A DNA stretch of 64,000 nt from Octopus sinensis (Eukaryota): NCBI RefSeq assembly GCF_006345805.1, contig NC_043003.1:24986001-25050000 (forward strand). The letters are read 5' to 3'. The position numbers were made by a program, and so were the translations under genes. The notes under the pieces were generated by a model. The model was not told the DNA's origin and made no database searches. It worked only from the letters and a program-made list of their open reading frames with translations. Of this stretch, positions 1-11,188 are shown piece by piece. Position 1 is the first letter of the stretch. Each line of letters begins with the position of its first letter.

Positions 1-899
1 TTGCGATATCGAGCGCTATCGTGACATTAACATCGATGCACCAGTAAAAGGATAGTAGTATTGTTTATGTTTGCAAAAGTTAATATAATATTTAGCACTT
101 TGTAATGAAGTAGAACGTCGTAAAATAGCAATTCATTAAAAATTTATTCACGGCGAGATGCTATGACAATGCATATATTACGCTCAGTTTTGTAATCTCT
201 TCGCTTGTGTGCGCGCGAGCGTGCTCTGTGCTTTTACTAAGAACATAGCACACTATAATTATAACACTTCTTTTCCTCCACTGATGACTGCGTATGTCAC
301 ATGTGAAACTTTTGTGATTTCGAAGATTAGAAGCTTCATTCAGATAGTTATTTTGATTAATTACTGGTGCGTTCACAGTGTTTTCTTTCAATACAGTCCT
401 ATATTAGACAACGTTTTTTTTAGCCGACGTGGAATGTAACAGACAAGCGTAAACACATACTACAATATCTTCGAAGAGAGAAAATGTGGAATCTGGCGGA
501 TAAGTTTCAATCAGGTATTGGGAGTTTTATCAATGATTAAGCACTATCTTTTACTGTCTACGGAAAAGCTTCATATAAATTGAATTCACCGATTTGCATA
601 TGTAACGCATTCGTGGTAGCTGGTTGAATTAAGAGTGGTTTTGTTTTGAAGATATATGTTACACACTATAGGTTATATCAATAGCTTTTAACCAACACTG
701 TATGTAATTCACAAACGATATTACATGCCCTGTCTTTATATACAATCCTTCGTAACATTTGTGTGCATGTGTGTGTCTGTGTGTGTGAGAGAGAGAGAGA
801 GAGAGGGAGACATACACGCATAGAAAGAGAGTTGGGATGTATGTGTGTGCGTGTAACATACGCAAATACCAGCTTACTGTCTGGTGCGAATAAGATCAC

Positions 900-1275
900 C
901 AAAAATATTAATATGAAAGGGATACAAAGGAGAAGCTATACCGTGTCGTCCGTCGCGTGGGTAAACAAGGGACGCGTTCGGCTCTTAGGTAGAGGTGTCA
1001 ATTCGAAAACTATATTGTAGTCTCCACTGAATGTCAGTATCATTATCAATAAGCCTGCAACTAGTGGGAGGCGTGGAGTGGAAGGCACCAAAGATGTGCG
1101 TACTGGGGAAACCGAAGGGGGTTCCAGAAGGACAACCGTTAAGATTTGGAAACTGGAATCTCTCGACTAGACCATTACGGATAAAGAGCAAGATATAGTA
1201 GAGGAGGCCAAACGTTACCGACTAGATATATTCAGTGACCCCTCTACAAGGTCTCCATGGCTCTGATACTGTATA
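900..1275 (+). mobile_element. Decayed RTE-type LINE 5' region / AP-endonuclease N-terminus
   Basis: From 1139 translates LRFGNWNLST, then after a frameshift EQDIVEEAKRYRLDIFS; resembles the RTE endonuclease start (LRIGTWNV...ELVxExxRYRLDI). Broken frames. Confidence 0.55.
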
Positions 1276-1644
1276 CTCCAGTGGGTTTTTTTATTATAAA
1301 AATTAGCTTGTGTAGTTTTTTTTTCGCTCGAGTTGCGGAGACACTCCCTTATGAAGTTCATGGAAAAAAATAGGGTGAGCCAATGACTGGCTTGTTGGAA
1401 ACTTGTAATGTTTGATACTATTTATTAATCAATCGGCGAACTGATTCGGACGGTGCCATTACTCACCAGATCCGATATGAAACTGTTAATGAGTCGACAC
1501 TGATAATTACCATGACTTCATAACCATCCCATGTCTTAGTCAGGCATTTCGTGTTATATCAAGGACTACGTTATTCAATCCAATATGTCCTCTGTATCCT
1601 TGTGTTGTGTTTCTATGTATGCAGACATGTAATATATATATATA

Positions 1645-1877
1645 TATTTCTTTACTACCCACAAGGGGCTAAACACAGAGGGGACAAACAAGGACAGACA
1701 AAGGGATTAAGTCGACTACATCGACCCCAGTGCGTAACTGGTACTTAATTTATCGACCCCGAAAGGATGAAAGGCAAAGTCGACCTCGGCGGAATTTGAA
1801 CTCGGAACGTAACGACAGACGAAATACGGCTACGAATTTCGCCCGGCGTGCTAACGTTTCTACCAGCTCGCCGCCTT
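1645..1877 (-). mobile_element. tRNA-derived SINE family A (central domain resembles Meta-type SINE domain), full length
   Basis: Reverse complement of the unit GGCGGCGAGCTGGCAGAA...GAGTTCAAATTCCGCCGAGGTCGACTTTGCCTTTCATCCTTTCGGGGTCGATAAATTAAGTACCAG...GTAAAGAAATA, which recurs many times in the window; B-box-like GAGTTCAAATTCC. Domain name is from recollection. Confidence 0.85.
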
Positions 1878-2365
<488 letters not shown>

Positions 2366-2966
2366 AAACATTTGATTATTTGACACACAACGCAGCGCAT
2401 GTCGCAGAACACGAATATCCGGCGACCTTTTTACTAAACCAGTCGAGTCTTGTAACATGATAGGAGACAATCGCCCATCGCCTACTCGACCAGTTGCGCC
2501 GAAATTTGCAACAGACGATTAGAAGGTAAGAAGATAATAATGATAAAAATAAACCCAATCCACATTAACGATATTTATTACAGTAAAGGAAATTGAAAAC
2601 GTTGGTGTTGGGTATTAGCGACGGCGGTCTGTCATCTAATCTGATGTTGACAAGAACGGCTTGTACAGCCCCTTCTGGATGGTTTTTCAATGTGTAGACT
2701 AAGGGCAGAGTCTTAAAGGCTTAGGCAGGGCATCGTGTTTGTGTGTGCATGTGGAGGATTTTCTCCGTAGGCTCGGAAATGCCAATGGTTGAACCTGGCC
2801 GAGGTGCGTCCAGAGACAGACTCGTCCTGCATACCGTCGTTCAGTGTCCGTGCTCTAGTGATTTGTGATCATATCGCAGTCTTGGGCAAACTGCAACCCG
2901 CAGGACTTCCTAAATTGCACACCAATGAAAAATTCCTTAAATGTTTTAAGTAGTGCGATTCGCCTG

Positions 2967-3121
2967 ATACATATACTTATTTTCATGTTAATTGATAACA
3001 TTATAAAGAGGGTAGATATATAGACAGAGATGTTGATTTGAATCATTCAAATCAACATCTCTGTCTAAATATCTACCCTCTTTATAATGTTATCAATTAG
3101 CATGAAAATATGTATATGTAT
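2967..3121. repeat. Near-perfect palindrome, 77-bp arms with a 1-nt loop
   Basis: 2967-3043 is the reverse complement of 3045-3121 with 3 mismatches; centre TTGAAT-C-ATTCAA. Confidence 0.95.
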
Positions 3122-3142
3122 TGATGGAAAAACCCCTATAAA

Positions 3143-3226
3143 TGGCTGATGACTGCTCAACATTTTAAAACTGTTGTAATATCTACAATGTTTAATAAAA
3201 TGATGTAGCGTGAAACGATCGTACCA
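3143..3226 (+). ncRNA. Type I minimal hammerhead ribozyme motif (PLE-type)
   Basis: TGG-CTGATGA(3146-3152), long stem II (GCT..CATTTTA/TAAAATG..AGC), GAAA(3212-3215), palindromic stem III ACGATCGT, GUA triplet, CCA. Stem I is only 3 bp. Confidence 0.7.
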
Positions 3227-3443
3227 AATTACCGAAGATATTCTTGTTGCTTATTTTTTTTATTATAATCACCCCATGGATTTATATGGATAACACCGTA
3301 CAAAATTCTGGTGCATCTGATTTAAGTACCATATTCATTTGAATCTAAATTTTGCCGAACTATATATATATATATGCAATAACATATATAAACAATCATT
3401 TTTGTCTTTGAGTTTGGAAGCGTCGAATGTGTATCGTATCATA

Positions 3444-3571
3444 CAGAGAAGAAAGTAATATTTCGAACGCAGTTTAACCATGCAAACAGCAGAAAGACTG
3501 GGTGTTTTACCCTTATACGACAGAAAAAGTTGTCAGCAGACACTGCATTCGAAATATTACTTTCCTCTCTG
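3444..3571. mobile_element. 128-bp Tc1/mariner-type MITE
   Basis: TA|CAGAGAAGAAAGTAATATTTCGAACGCAGT...ACTGCATTCGAAATATTACTTTCCTCTCTG|TA: 30-bp TIRs with 2 mismatches, TA on both sides. Confidence 0.75.
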
Positions 3572-3994
3572 TACGATGTGTGTGTGTGTGTGTGTGTGTA
3601 CACTTACATAGACATAGTATATTTCATTTTCCTAATACATGATAGCAAAACACTTTCCACTCAATAATAATAATATCTCTTCTTTCTCCAAACAAAGTTT
3701 AGTTTTATTAGGATAATGCTAATTTACCCGAGAATATGTCTATTGTGCTGTGAATAGTGTGGAGGTCAATGATAGTTAGCTTTATCTCTTAAGAAAATCA
3801 ATAATAATAATAAAAAAATTACAGAAATCGATAGGAGTTAATTTTGCCAGATAATATACTAAGCTATGTGAAATATGAAGTCATATTCTGTTCCACAGAA
3901 CCTTGGAGCCAGTATCACGTCCTAGATATAGCCGTGACTCTGTGGTTCAGAAATTCGTTTCACAGTTAAAGATAACGAATGGGCAGAATGGTTA

Positions 3995-4409
3995 AAGGCG
4001 GCGAGCTGGCAGAAACGTTATCACACCGGGCGAAATGCTTAGCGGTATTTCGTCTGCCGTTACGTTCTGAGTTCAAATTCCGCCGATGTCGGCTTTGCCT
4101 TTCATCCTTTCGAGGTCGATAAATTAAGTACCAGTTAAGCACTGGGGTCAATATAATTGACTTAATCCGTTTGTCTGTCCTTGTTTGTCCTCTCTGTGTT
4201 TAGTCCCTGTGTGTAGTAAAGAAATAGGTATTTCGTCTGCCGTTACGTTCTGAGTTCAAATTCCACGAGGTCGACTTTGCCTTTCATTCTTTCAGGGTCG
4301 ATTAAATAAGTACCAGTTACGCGCTGGGGTCGATATAATCGACTTAATACGTTTGTCTGTCCTTGTTTGTCTCCTCTGTGTGTGGCCCCTTGTAGGCAGT
4401 AAGGAAATA
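3995..4409 (+). mobile_element. SINE family A, head plus two tandem bodies
   Basis: One tRNA-like head; body restarts at GTATTTCGTCTGCCGTTACG near 4228. Confidence 0.85.
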
Positions 4410-4802
4410 AGAATGGTTAGAGCGTTGGACATAATGCTATGTAGTATTTGTTCCGATTCAATGTGCCCTGAGGTCAAACCCCCACTACGGTCAAATTTGT
4501 CTTTAATTCCTTCGAGGTCGATGATGACAAAATAAAGCGCAAATCTGAGGCGGTGGATTGGCACAACTGTAAGAAAATCAGACTGGATGCCGTGTTCCAG
4601 TTTCAATGCTTTCCGATTTCGAATCCCGGCGAGGTCAACTCTACTTTTCATCCTTTCGGGCTTGATGAAATAACATACCAATTTGGGACGGTGAAGTGGT
4701 TTACTGTAACAATCTCGAACCTGATGTCTTGCAGTTGTTCATCCGGCATTTTGTATTTTGAGTTCATATCCAGCCGTAGCGTAATGGAAATTTCCAGGAA
4801 AG

Positions 4803-5370
4803 GATAAAATTTCTAACTTCTGGTTGAATGCCTTCCCAGAGAGCCATGAACTGCTAACAGAACTTTACAAACGATGTTTTGTAAAACCCTAGTAGGATGC
4901 CTCCTTGGCTAGTTAATGGTTTAACATTCCTGCTTCCCAAAAGTGAAGAAACAAATGAACCAAAAAACTATAGATCCATAACCTGCTTAACAACTATGTA
5001 CAAAACGCTAACATCTGTCCTGACTGAATATACCTATAGTTTTTTTAATAGACAGCAGCGTATTCCTAATGAACAGAAAGGATGTAAACGTGGATCCTAC
5101 GGCTGTAAAGATCAGCTACTCATCAATAAGATGATCTTAGAAGATTGTCACAAACGACACAAAAACTTGTCAATAGCCTGGTTAGACTATAAAAAGGCTT
5201 TTGATAGCCTAACACATAGCTGGATTAAGAAATGCCTGGAAATGTATAAAATAGCGCCTACTCTGCGAAATTTTTTGTCTGTAAGTATGAGATCATGGAG
5301 AACCACACTAACTTTGAACAGTGACGATGAATCTCTAAATGCTGGTGATGTAAAAATTAAGTATCAGTGA
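4803..5370 (+). mobile_element. R4/Dong-clade LINE reverse transcriptase fragment
   Basis: ORF 4897-5370 contains LLPKSEETNEPKNYRSITCL, EQKGCKRGSYGCKDQLLINK and AWLDYKKAFDSLTHSWI, typical of early RT subdomains in RLE-bearing R4-like elements; truncated at both ends. Confidence 0.85.
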
Positions 5371-5499
5371 GAAACTTGTTTCGATGTGATCGACTAATCC
5401 CCTCTCTCAAAATTTCAGGCCTTGCGCCTATAGTAGAAATGATTATATAGCATACTCTTTCCTTCCAGTTCTATATTTAAGAGACGAGGAATTATTTAC

Positions 5500-5601
5500 A
5501 TTATTTACATTTGACGGATATTTATCCCACGGGCATATGGCGTGGTGGTTAAGAGCGCGAGCTATTAACCCCAAGATTCCGAATTCGATTCCAGGCAGTG
5601 A

Positions 5602-5645
<44 letters not shown>

Positions 5646-5776
5646 GCAGCATCCAAAAATATCTTAGAGAATCCGGTTCGAAATTTTCCCAAGACACCTG
5701 ATGAAGGGTGGAAGGTATATCAGCCGAAACGTTGTGTTAACACGATGAGGACAAATATCCGTCAAATGTAAATAAT
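5500..5776 (+). mobile_element. tRNA-headed, hammerhead-containing short element with inverted termini
   Basis: 28-bp inverted repeats at 5500-5527 and 5749-5776 (1 mismatch); A-box-like TGGCGTGGTGG 5538-5548; B-box-like AATTCGATTCC 5582-5592; (AAT)n 5606-5644; HHR 5693-5738. Confidence 0.75.
5693..5738 (+). ncRNA. Type I minimal hammerhead ribozyme motif
   Basis: GACAC-CTGATGA-A-GGGTG[GAAGGTATAT]CAGCC-GAAA-CGT-T-GTGTT: intact core, stem I GACAC/GTGTT, stem II 4 of 5 pairs, palindromic ACGT stem III, GUU triplet. Confidence 0.75.
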
Positions 5777-5933
5777 ATACTCTTTCCTTGTTTAACAGGA
5801 TGTTATTTAAAACAGCTGTGGCCTGCTATTTTTAGCATGCTGAGTGAACAACTTCTTAGTTGTCGCAGATTTAGTCGTTGTTGTTGTTGCGCAATCGCAG
5901 GTCAGTCGTAATAGATGTATGATTTTTGGGCGA

Positions 5934-6128
5934 AGGCGCAGGAGTGACTGTGTGGTAAGTAGCTTGCTTACCAACCACATGGTGCCGGGTTCAGGCACAC
6001 TGCGTGGCACCTTGGGCAAGTGTCTTCTACTATAGCCTCGGGCTGACCAAAGCCTTGTGAGTGGATTTGGTAGACGGAAACTGAAAGAAAACAGTCGTAT
6101 ATACATACACACACACACACACACACAC

Positions 6129-6163
<35 letters not shown>

Positions 6164-6407
6164 TGTATGTGTGTGTGTGTGTATCTTTGTGTGTCTGTGT
6201 TTGTCCCCCCCCAACCTCGCTTGACAACCGATGCTGGTGTGTTTACGTCCCCGTAACTTAGCGGTTCGGCAAAAGAGCCCGATAGAATAAGTACTAGGCT
6301 TACAAAAAATAAGTCCTGGGGTCGATTTGCGATTTGGTCGACTATAAGCGGTGCTCCAGCATGGTCACAATCAAATGACCGAAACATGCAAAAGAGTAAA
6401 AGAATAA
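5934..6407 (+). mobile_element. Composite SINE family B (CORE-type tRNA head, microsatellite, second module)
   Basis: GGCGCAGGAG..TGTGTGGTAAG head; CORE-like GTGGCACCTTGGGCAAGTGTCTT; internal (CA)/(TA)/(TATG) repeat; tail CGCTTGACAACCGATGCTGG...GCTCCAGCATGG...GTAAAAGA. Many copies in window. Confidence 0.85.
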
Positions 6408-6884
6408 AGGCGTTCCAGGCACGATTATTCCGTCTAATGATTTACATATCCATAATTATATGGCTCATTTTGTGCTTTTTAGTTTTAATTTTAGAAGGTG
6501 GTTTGAGAGAATTCAGCTGCTATTTCTAGAAGATCGCACAACTATGTAAGAGGCTCCGACTGTATATCTCTTGGCTACCCAGGCGGAGCGCTCTTTTCTT
6601 GACCTTTCTTGCAAGCTGAAATGAGCTCCAATTACAGGCTAGACTTGAAGCCATTGTTGGTAAATAGGAAAACAATGGTTTTTCATAGTTTGATTTTTAT
6701 ATGTCGCCAAGAAATATCTTGAACTTCTTATTAATTAAAATGAATAAATAAATAAATAAATAAATAAAAATAAAAGTCAATCTCAGCTAGTTGAACTCAT
6801 AATCAGATAATTCAAATAGCTTTGTGTGTGTGTGTGTATGTGCGTGTGTATACATTGTGTATGTGTGTGTATGTGTATGTGTGT

Positions 6885-6938
<54 letters not shown>

Positions 6939-6976
6939 TGTGTGTGTAACTAGTGCATGGGCTTTTTTTTTTTTAG

Positions 6977-7087
6977 TTAGTCTGACTGACGACAAGTTGA
7001 GTAAAAAAAGGCGGAGAAGTTTCGCTTTTTTCCGGATTCTGACGGTGAAGCTAAATTAATTTTAGATCTAACGATGGAAATGAAACG
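6977..7087 (+). other. Weak candidate exon (possible 5' UTR plus ATG GAA ATG AAA CG)
   Basis: Poly-T acceptor TTTTAG ending 6976; donor CG|GTAAGT at 7088; unique CpG-containing sequence. No homology recognised. Confidence 0.2.
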
Positions 7088-7199
7088 GTAAGTAGAGAGT
7101 GGATATATTAAGCATCTTTTTAGAAGCAGAATCACAGAGTTTAATTTCTTAGAGACACCATCTGCACGAAAAATAATTTCTAAGTTAACATCAGGTGCA

Positions 7200-7563
7200 G
7201 GATTGGCTGTGTGGTAAGAAATTTGCTTCCCAGCCATATGGTTCGGGTTTCAGTTCTACTAGGTGGCGTTTTAGACAAGCGTCTTCTACCATAGCACCGA
7301 GCCGACCCAAGCCTTTTGAGGGCATTTGACAGAGGGAAACTGAAAGAATCACGTTACATACATACATTCTTTTATTCTTTTACTTGTTTCAGTTATTTGA
7401 CTGCAGCCATGCTGGAGCACCACCTTAGTCGAAACAAACTGACCCAGGTCTTTATTTTTTAAAGCCTAGTACTTATTCTATCGATTCTTTTGCCGAACCG
7501 CTAAATTACGGGGACATAAGCACACCAACGCCTGTTGTTGAGTGGTGATGTTGGGGACAAACA
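7200..7563. mobile_element. SINE family B pieces: decayed head (+, about 7200-7345) and tail module (-, about 7372-7563)
   Basis: Matches the head and the reverse complement of the tail of the 5934-6407 copy. Confidence 0.7.
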
Positions 7564-7570
7564 CAGCCGC

Positions 7571-7642
<72 letters not shown>

Positions 7643-7674
7643 TTTATTCAAAGCAGCAGAAAATTCAACAAAAC

Positions 7675-7712
7675 CTGTTACTCTGAGTTTCCCGTTGCCG
7701 TTCGTCGGACAG
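7675..7712 (-). ncRNA. Hammerhead-like motif with variant core CCGACGA (copy 1)
   Basis: Minus strand: CTGT-CCGACGA-A-CG[GCAA]CG-G-GAAA-CTCAGAGT-A-ACAG; second copy at 60227-60266. Confidence 0.55.
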
Positions 7713-7791
7713 TTTTATACATATATATAATTTACAAAATGAGGGCAGAAGAAAAATTCTAATGCCGAATATATATATGTATGTATGTATG

Positions 7792-7832
<41 letters not shown>

Positions 7833-8004
7833 ATTTGAACACTATGCAAATATTCTTTTAAAAAACTTTTCTTTTAATTTTTCCAAAATTTAATTGTTTT
7901 CCATACTTACAGTTGAAAAAGTCTCAATGACTGAAACCAGTACTGAAATGTTTTTTATAATATTATTTTAGCATTTTCTATCTTGACTTTTTTTCCCATA
8001 TATA

Positions 8005-8168
8005 TATACGACGGGTTTCTTTCAGTTTCTGTCTTCAAATCCATTCACAAGGCTTTGTTCGGCCCGAGGTTTATAGCAGAAGACACTTGGCCAAGGTGCC
8101 CCGCAGTGGGACTGAACCTGCAGCCAAGTGGATGGGAAGAAATCTTCTTAATCACACAGCCACGCCAA

Positions 8169-8204
<36 letters not shown>

Positions 8205-8430
8205 ATGTCTTTATGTTCGTTCTTGTTCTCACCCCCGCTTGACAATCGGTATTGAGTTGTTTACGTCTCCGTAATTTAGCGGTTCGGCAAAAGGAAACCG
8301 ATAGAATACGTACAAGGCTTAAAAATAAGTACTGGAGTCCTTTTGTTCGACTCTAGCCCTTCAAGGCTGTGGCCCAGCATGGCTGCAGTCTGTTTGAATT
8401 AAGCAAACGAATAAAACGAGTAAAAGAATT
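8005..8430. mobile_element. SINE family B pieces: head (-, about 8005-8165) and tail module (+, about 8200-8430)
   Basis: Similar to family B head and tail, separated by (TG)n. Confidence 0.7.
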
Positions 8431-8723
8431 TACCATATTTTTGAATGAATAGGATAAATCTAACTATACGAAACATGCGCCATAGGACCGCAGTCTCTTG
8501 CAAACGTTTTTTTTCTTCTTGTGTGTGTGTTTTAATCGTGACCACACTGTTCCCGGATCTATCTCGTGTTGCTTGTAATTAATATACTAACTTGAAACTC
8601 TATTATACTAAGTCTGTACATGACAAACACGTAAAAATATACAAGTCGAAAATAGAATACCGCTCGTAATTTTGTAATTTTATCCGTCACATCTATCTTG
8701 GAAAACACAATAAACAGAGTATC

Positions 8724-8776
<53 letters not shown>

Positions 8777-9239
8777 AGAGGAGAGAGAATGTGTGTGTGT
8801 GTGTGTGTGTGCAGTTTAGTGTTATAAAATAAAAGTGAAATAAATTGCACCAGAAGTGACGATAGCGGAATCCCATAATTTCAGAAGTACAGGCACCTAG
8901 TTATACAGTATTGTAGAGAGACCTAAAATCGAAACCTAACATTTTCAGTTACCGATGTAAAACCACATTCAGATCAGGTGACGTGTTCTTGTTATCAATC
9001 CGTTGGCTAACAGAAATATCACGCCATTCAATAGAATTTTGTACGAGTTTCTAGAAACTCGTAGTATTAAAGCGAAAACCCGCCAAGATCAAACTAGGGC
9101 GCGATTCTTGGAAGCATAAGTCTCTGAACCTATTTTGCTACGTATGGTCATACAGATATGATGTAAATAGAGCAACTCTCGTTCGGCATTGTCACCCGAG
9201 TTTCTTCTTGGCGAGCATCCATCGATTGTCTATAGCCTG

Positions 9240-9529
9240 TGTATGGTTGTCTGAATGTTAAAGTCCCACAACATCTTGTATTTCTTACTTTCTAGTACTT
9301 TACTAGGTTCATGTTCATACTATTTATCAATATGTTTGAATCCTAGCTTTTTACATGGCTCCTAGTGGATAACTCTCCCTAGGTTGTCATGTCTCGTATT
9401 CTTTTTGTACCGGAGTATTCGAGCGGTTCCAAGCAGTGCTGTTTTCTACAAGTGCTCCACCCTTATTGCAGCCCCTATTTGTTCCATTACTTCTCAAGAT
9501 TTTTGTTCCCTGTTCCCAGGGCTCCGACA

Positions 9530-9530
<1 letters not shown>
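9240..9530 (-). mobile_element. R4/Dong-like LINE C-terminal fragments, out of order, abutting (ATT)n
   Basis: Minus strand gives IVGALGT...EQIGAAIRVEHL*KTALLGTARILR, then HDNLGRVIH*EPCKKLGFKHIDK*YEHEPSKVLESKKYKMLWDFNIQT; (ATT)n at about 9532-9591. Confidence 0.8.
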
Positions 9531-9592
<62 letters not shown>

Positions 9593-9619
9593 CATCATCA
9601 TAGTAGGCTCTCGAATCTG

Positions 9620-9900
9620 AAAAGGAGTATTCTGCAATTTCTTGTTGAACAACCAGCACAGATTATTTGTTTATAGTGATCAAATGTTTGTGTTGCAAAT
9701 AACTTCAATCCCTCCATCAAATCGACGTTGCCCGAACAAGTGCAGGGTGAACTACACATCAGGTGTCAAAGTGACCTTAGATCAACGTAAGGTGAAAGGT
9801 CTTGCACAGGAACACAACGCACTGCCCGGACCGAGAATCGACCCCCCACGATCTCGTGATGGTGAGTACAACATTCTAAATAGTAGGCCACACGTCCTCA
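9620..9900 (-). mobile_element. Decayed tRNA/CORE-type SINE (distinct family)
   Basis: Minus strand has a tRNA-like head (GTCGATTCTCGGTCC) followed by CORE-like GCGTTGTGTTCCTGTGCAAGACC. Confidence 0.5.
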
Positions 9901-10384
9901 TATATGAGTGTGTATTAATGTATTAATAACTACGTCGCTTCTTACAATATATTTGCAAAACCGCGCAAAATCTATTTTGAACAATTAGCCATTTTTTTTT
10001 TTAAAGTCTGAAGATTCATCGCCTGTATTTCGATGCTAGGCAACGTAACAACATGTTTGCGAATGGCAAAAGTAATGACTGGATTATTAGTACAAGTATG
10101 GAAGCTAATACTGCAACGAACACACACACACAGACACGCACATATATGTCTTTATACAGTTATCAACTATGGAACGTTCACGTGGGAAATTGACGGCTGC
10201 GATTAGTGTAAGTGCAATTACCATTGTTCGGACATGAAACTTGAGTTGTATTCTCTTCTTTGATGACTGTATAAGACCACTTCAAATACTTTTGCGAAAT
10301 GAGTGGCTTTTAATTGTTGAATTTTAATTTTTTTAACCATAAGCAAATACGTTATATATACATATATACGCATATACATATACA

Positions 10385-10420
<36 letters not shown>

Positions 10421-10432
10421 TATATTATATAT

Positions 10433-10480
<48 letters not shown>

Positions 10481-10964
10481 TATATATACAGAGATGGAGA
10501 AAGAGATTAATAGATGTTTATTTTTATGTGAAGTTAAAATAAAATAATTTTATATTAAACTGCAGGATTACTCAACACTTTTTGAAAATAATATATATAT
10601 ATATATAATTCCAAGAAAGTTAGAGGTTGTGAATCCAACCAACTAAGGGATAATATCTATCCAATATACTGCTGGTAGAATACCCAAATATTAATACACA
10701 AGTGTTTTATTGCATTGCAATTACATTACCGAGTGTAGTGTATTTATATTTATAACTTTCTAAAATCCCTGGCGAAGCCTAGAGAAACACCCAAGTACCT
10801 CAATTTCATCTACTAATTACTTCAGTCTACTGGAGGGATAAAGGTCGAATGAGGTATTTTTGCTTCTTGGCTGAAACAGCTCTAAGATATTTTCCCAAAG
10901 AGACATAATATTATGACTAAAAGTTGATGAATACCAACTTTTGATCCCCTCCATTTTCTTATTG

Positions 10965-11056
<92 letters not shown>

Positions 11057-11097
11057 TATGATATATATACATATACATACATACATACATACATACA

Positions 11098-11133
<36 letters not shown>

Positions 11134-11157
11134 TATATATTATATATATATATATAT

Positions 11158-11188
<31 letters not shown>

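Noticed and set aside
274-325. CTGATGA...GAAAC hammerhead-like spacing
   Set aside because: No stem I partner, no valid NUH triplet, poor stem II.
2600-2930. GC-rich segment possibly from a LINE 3' end with FVCACGG zinc-finger-like residues
   Set aside because: Too degenerate to assign by eye.
10003-10052. Possible ancient hammerheads here (CTGAAGA..CATCG/CGATG..GCAACGTA) and at about 10765-10800 (CTGGCGA..GAAAC..GTA)
   Set aside because: Core substitutions plus missing stem I; too decayed to distinguish from chance.
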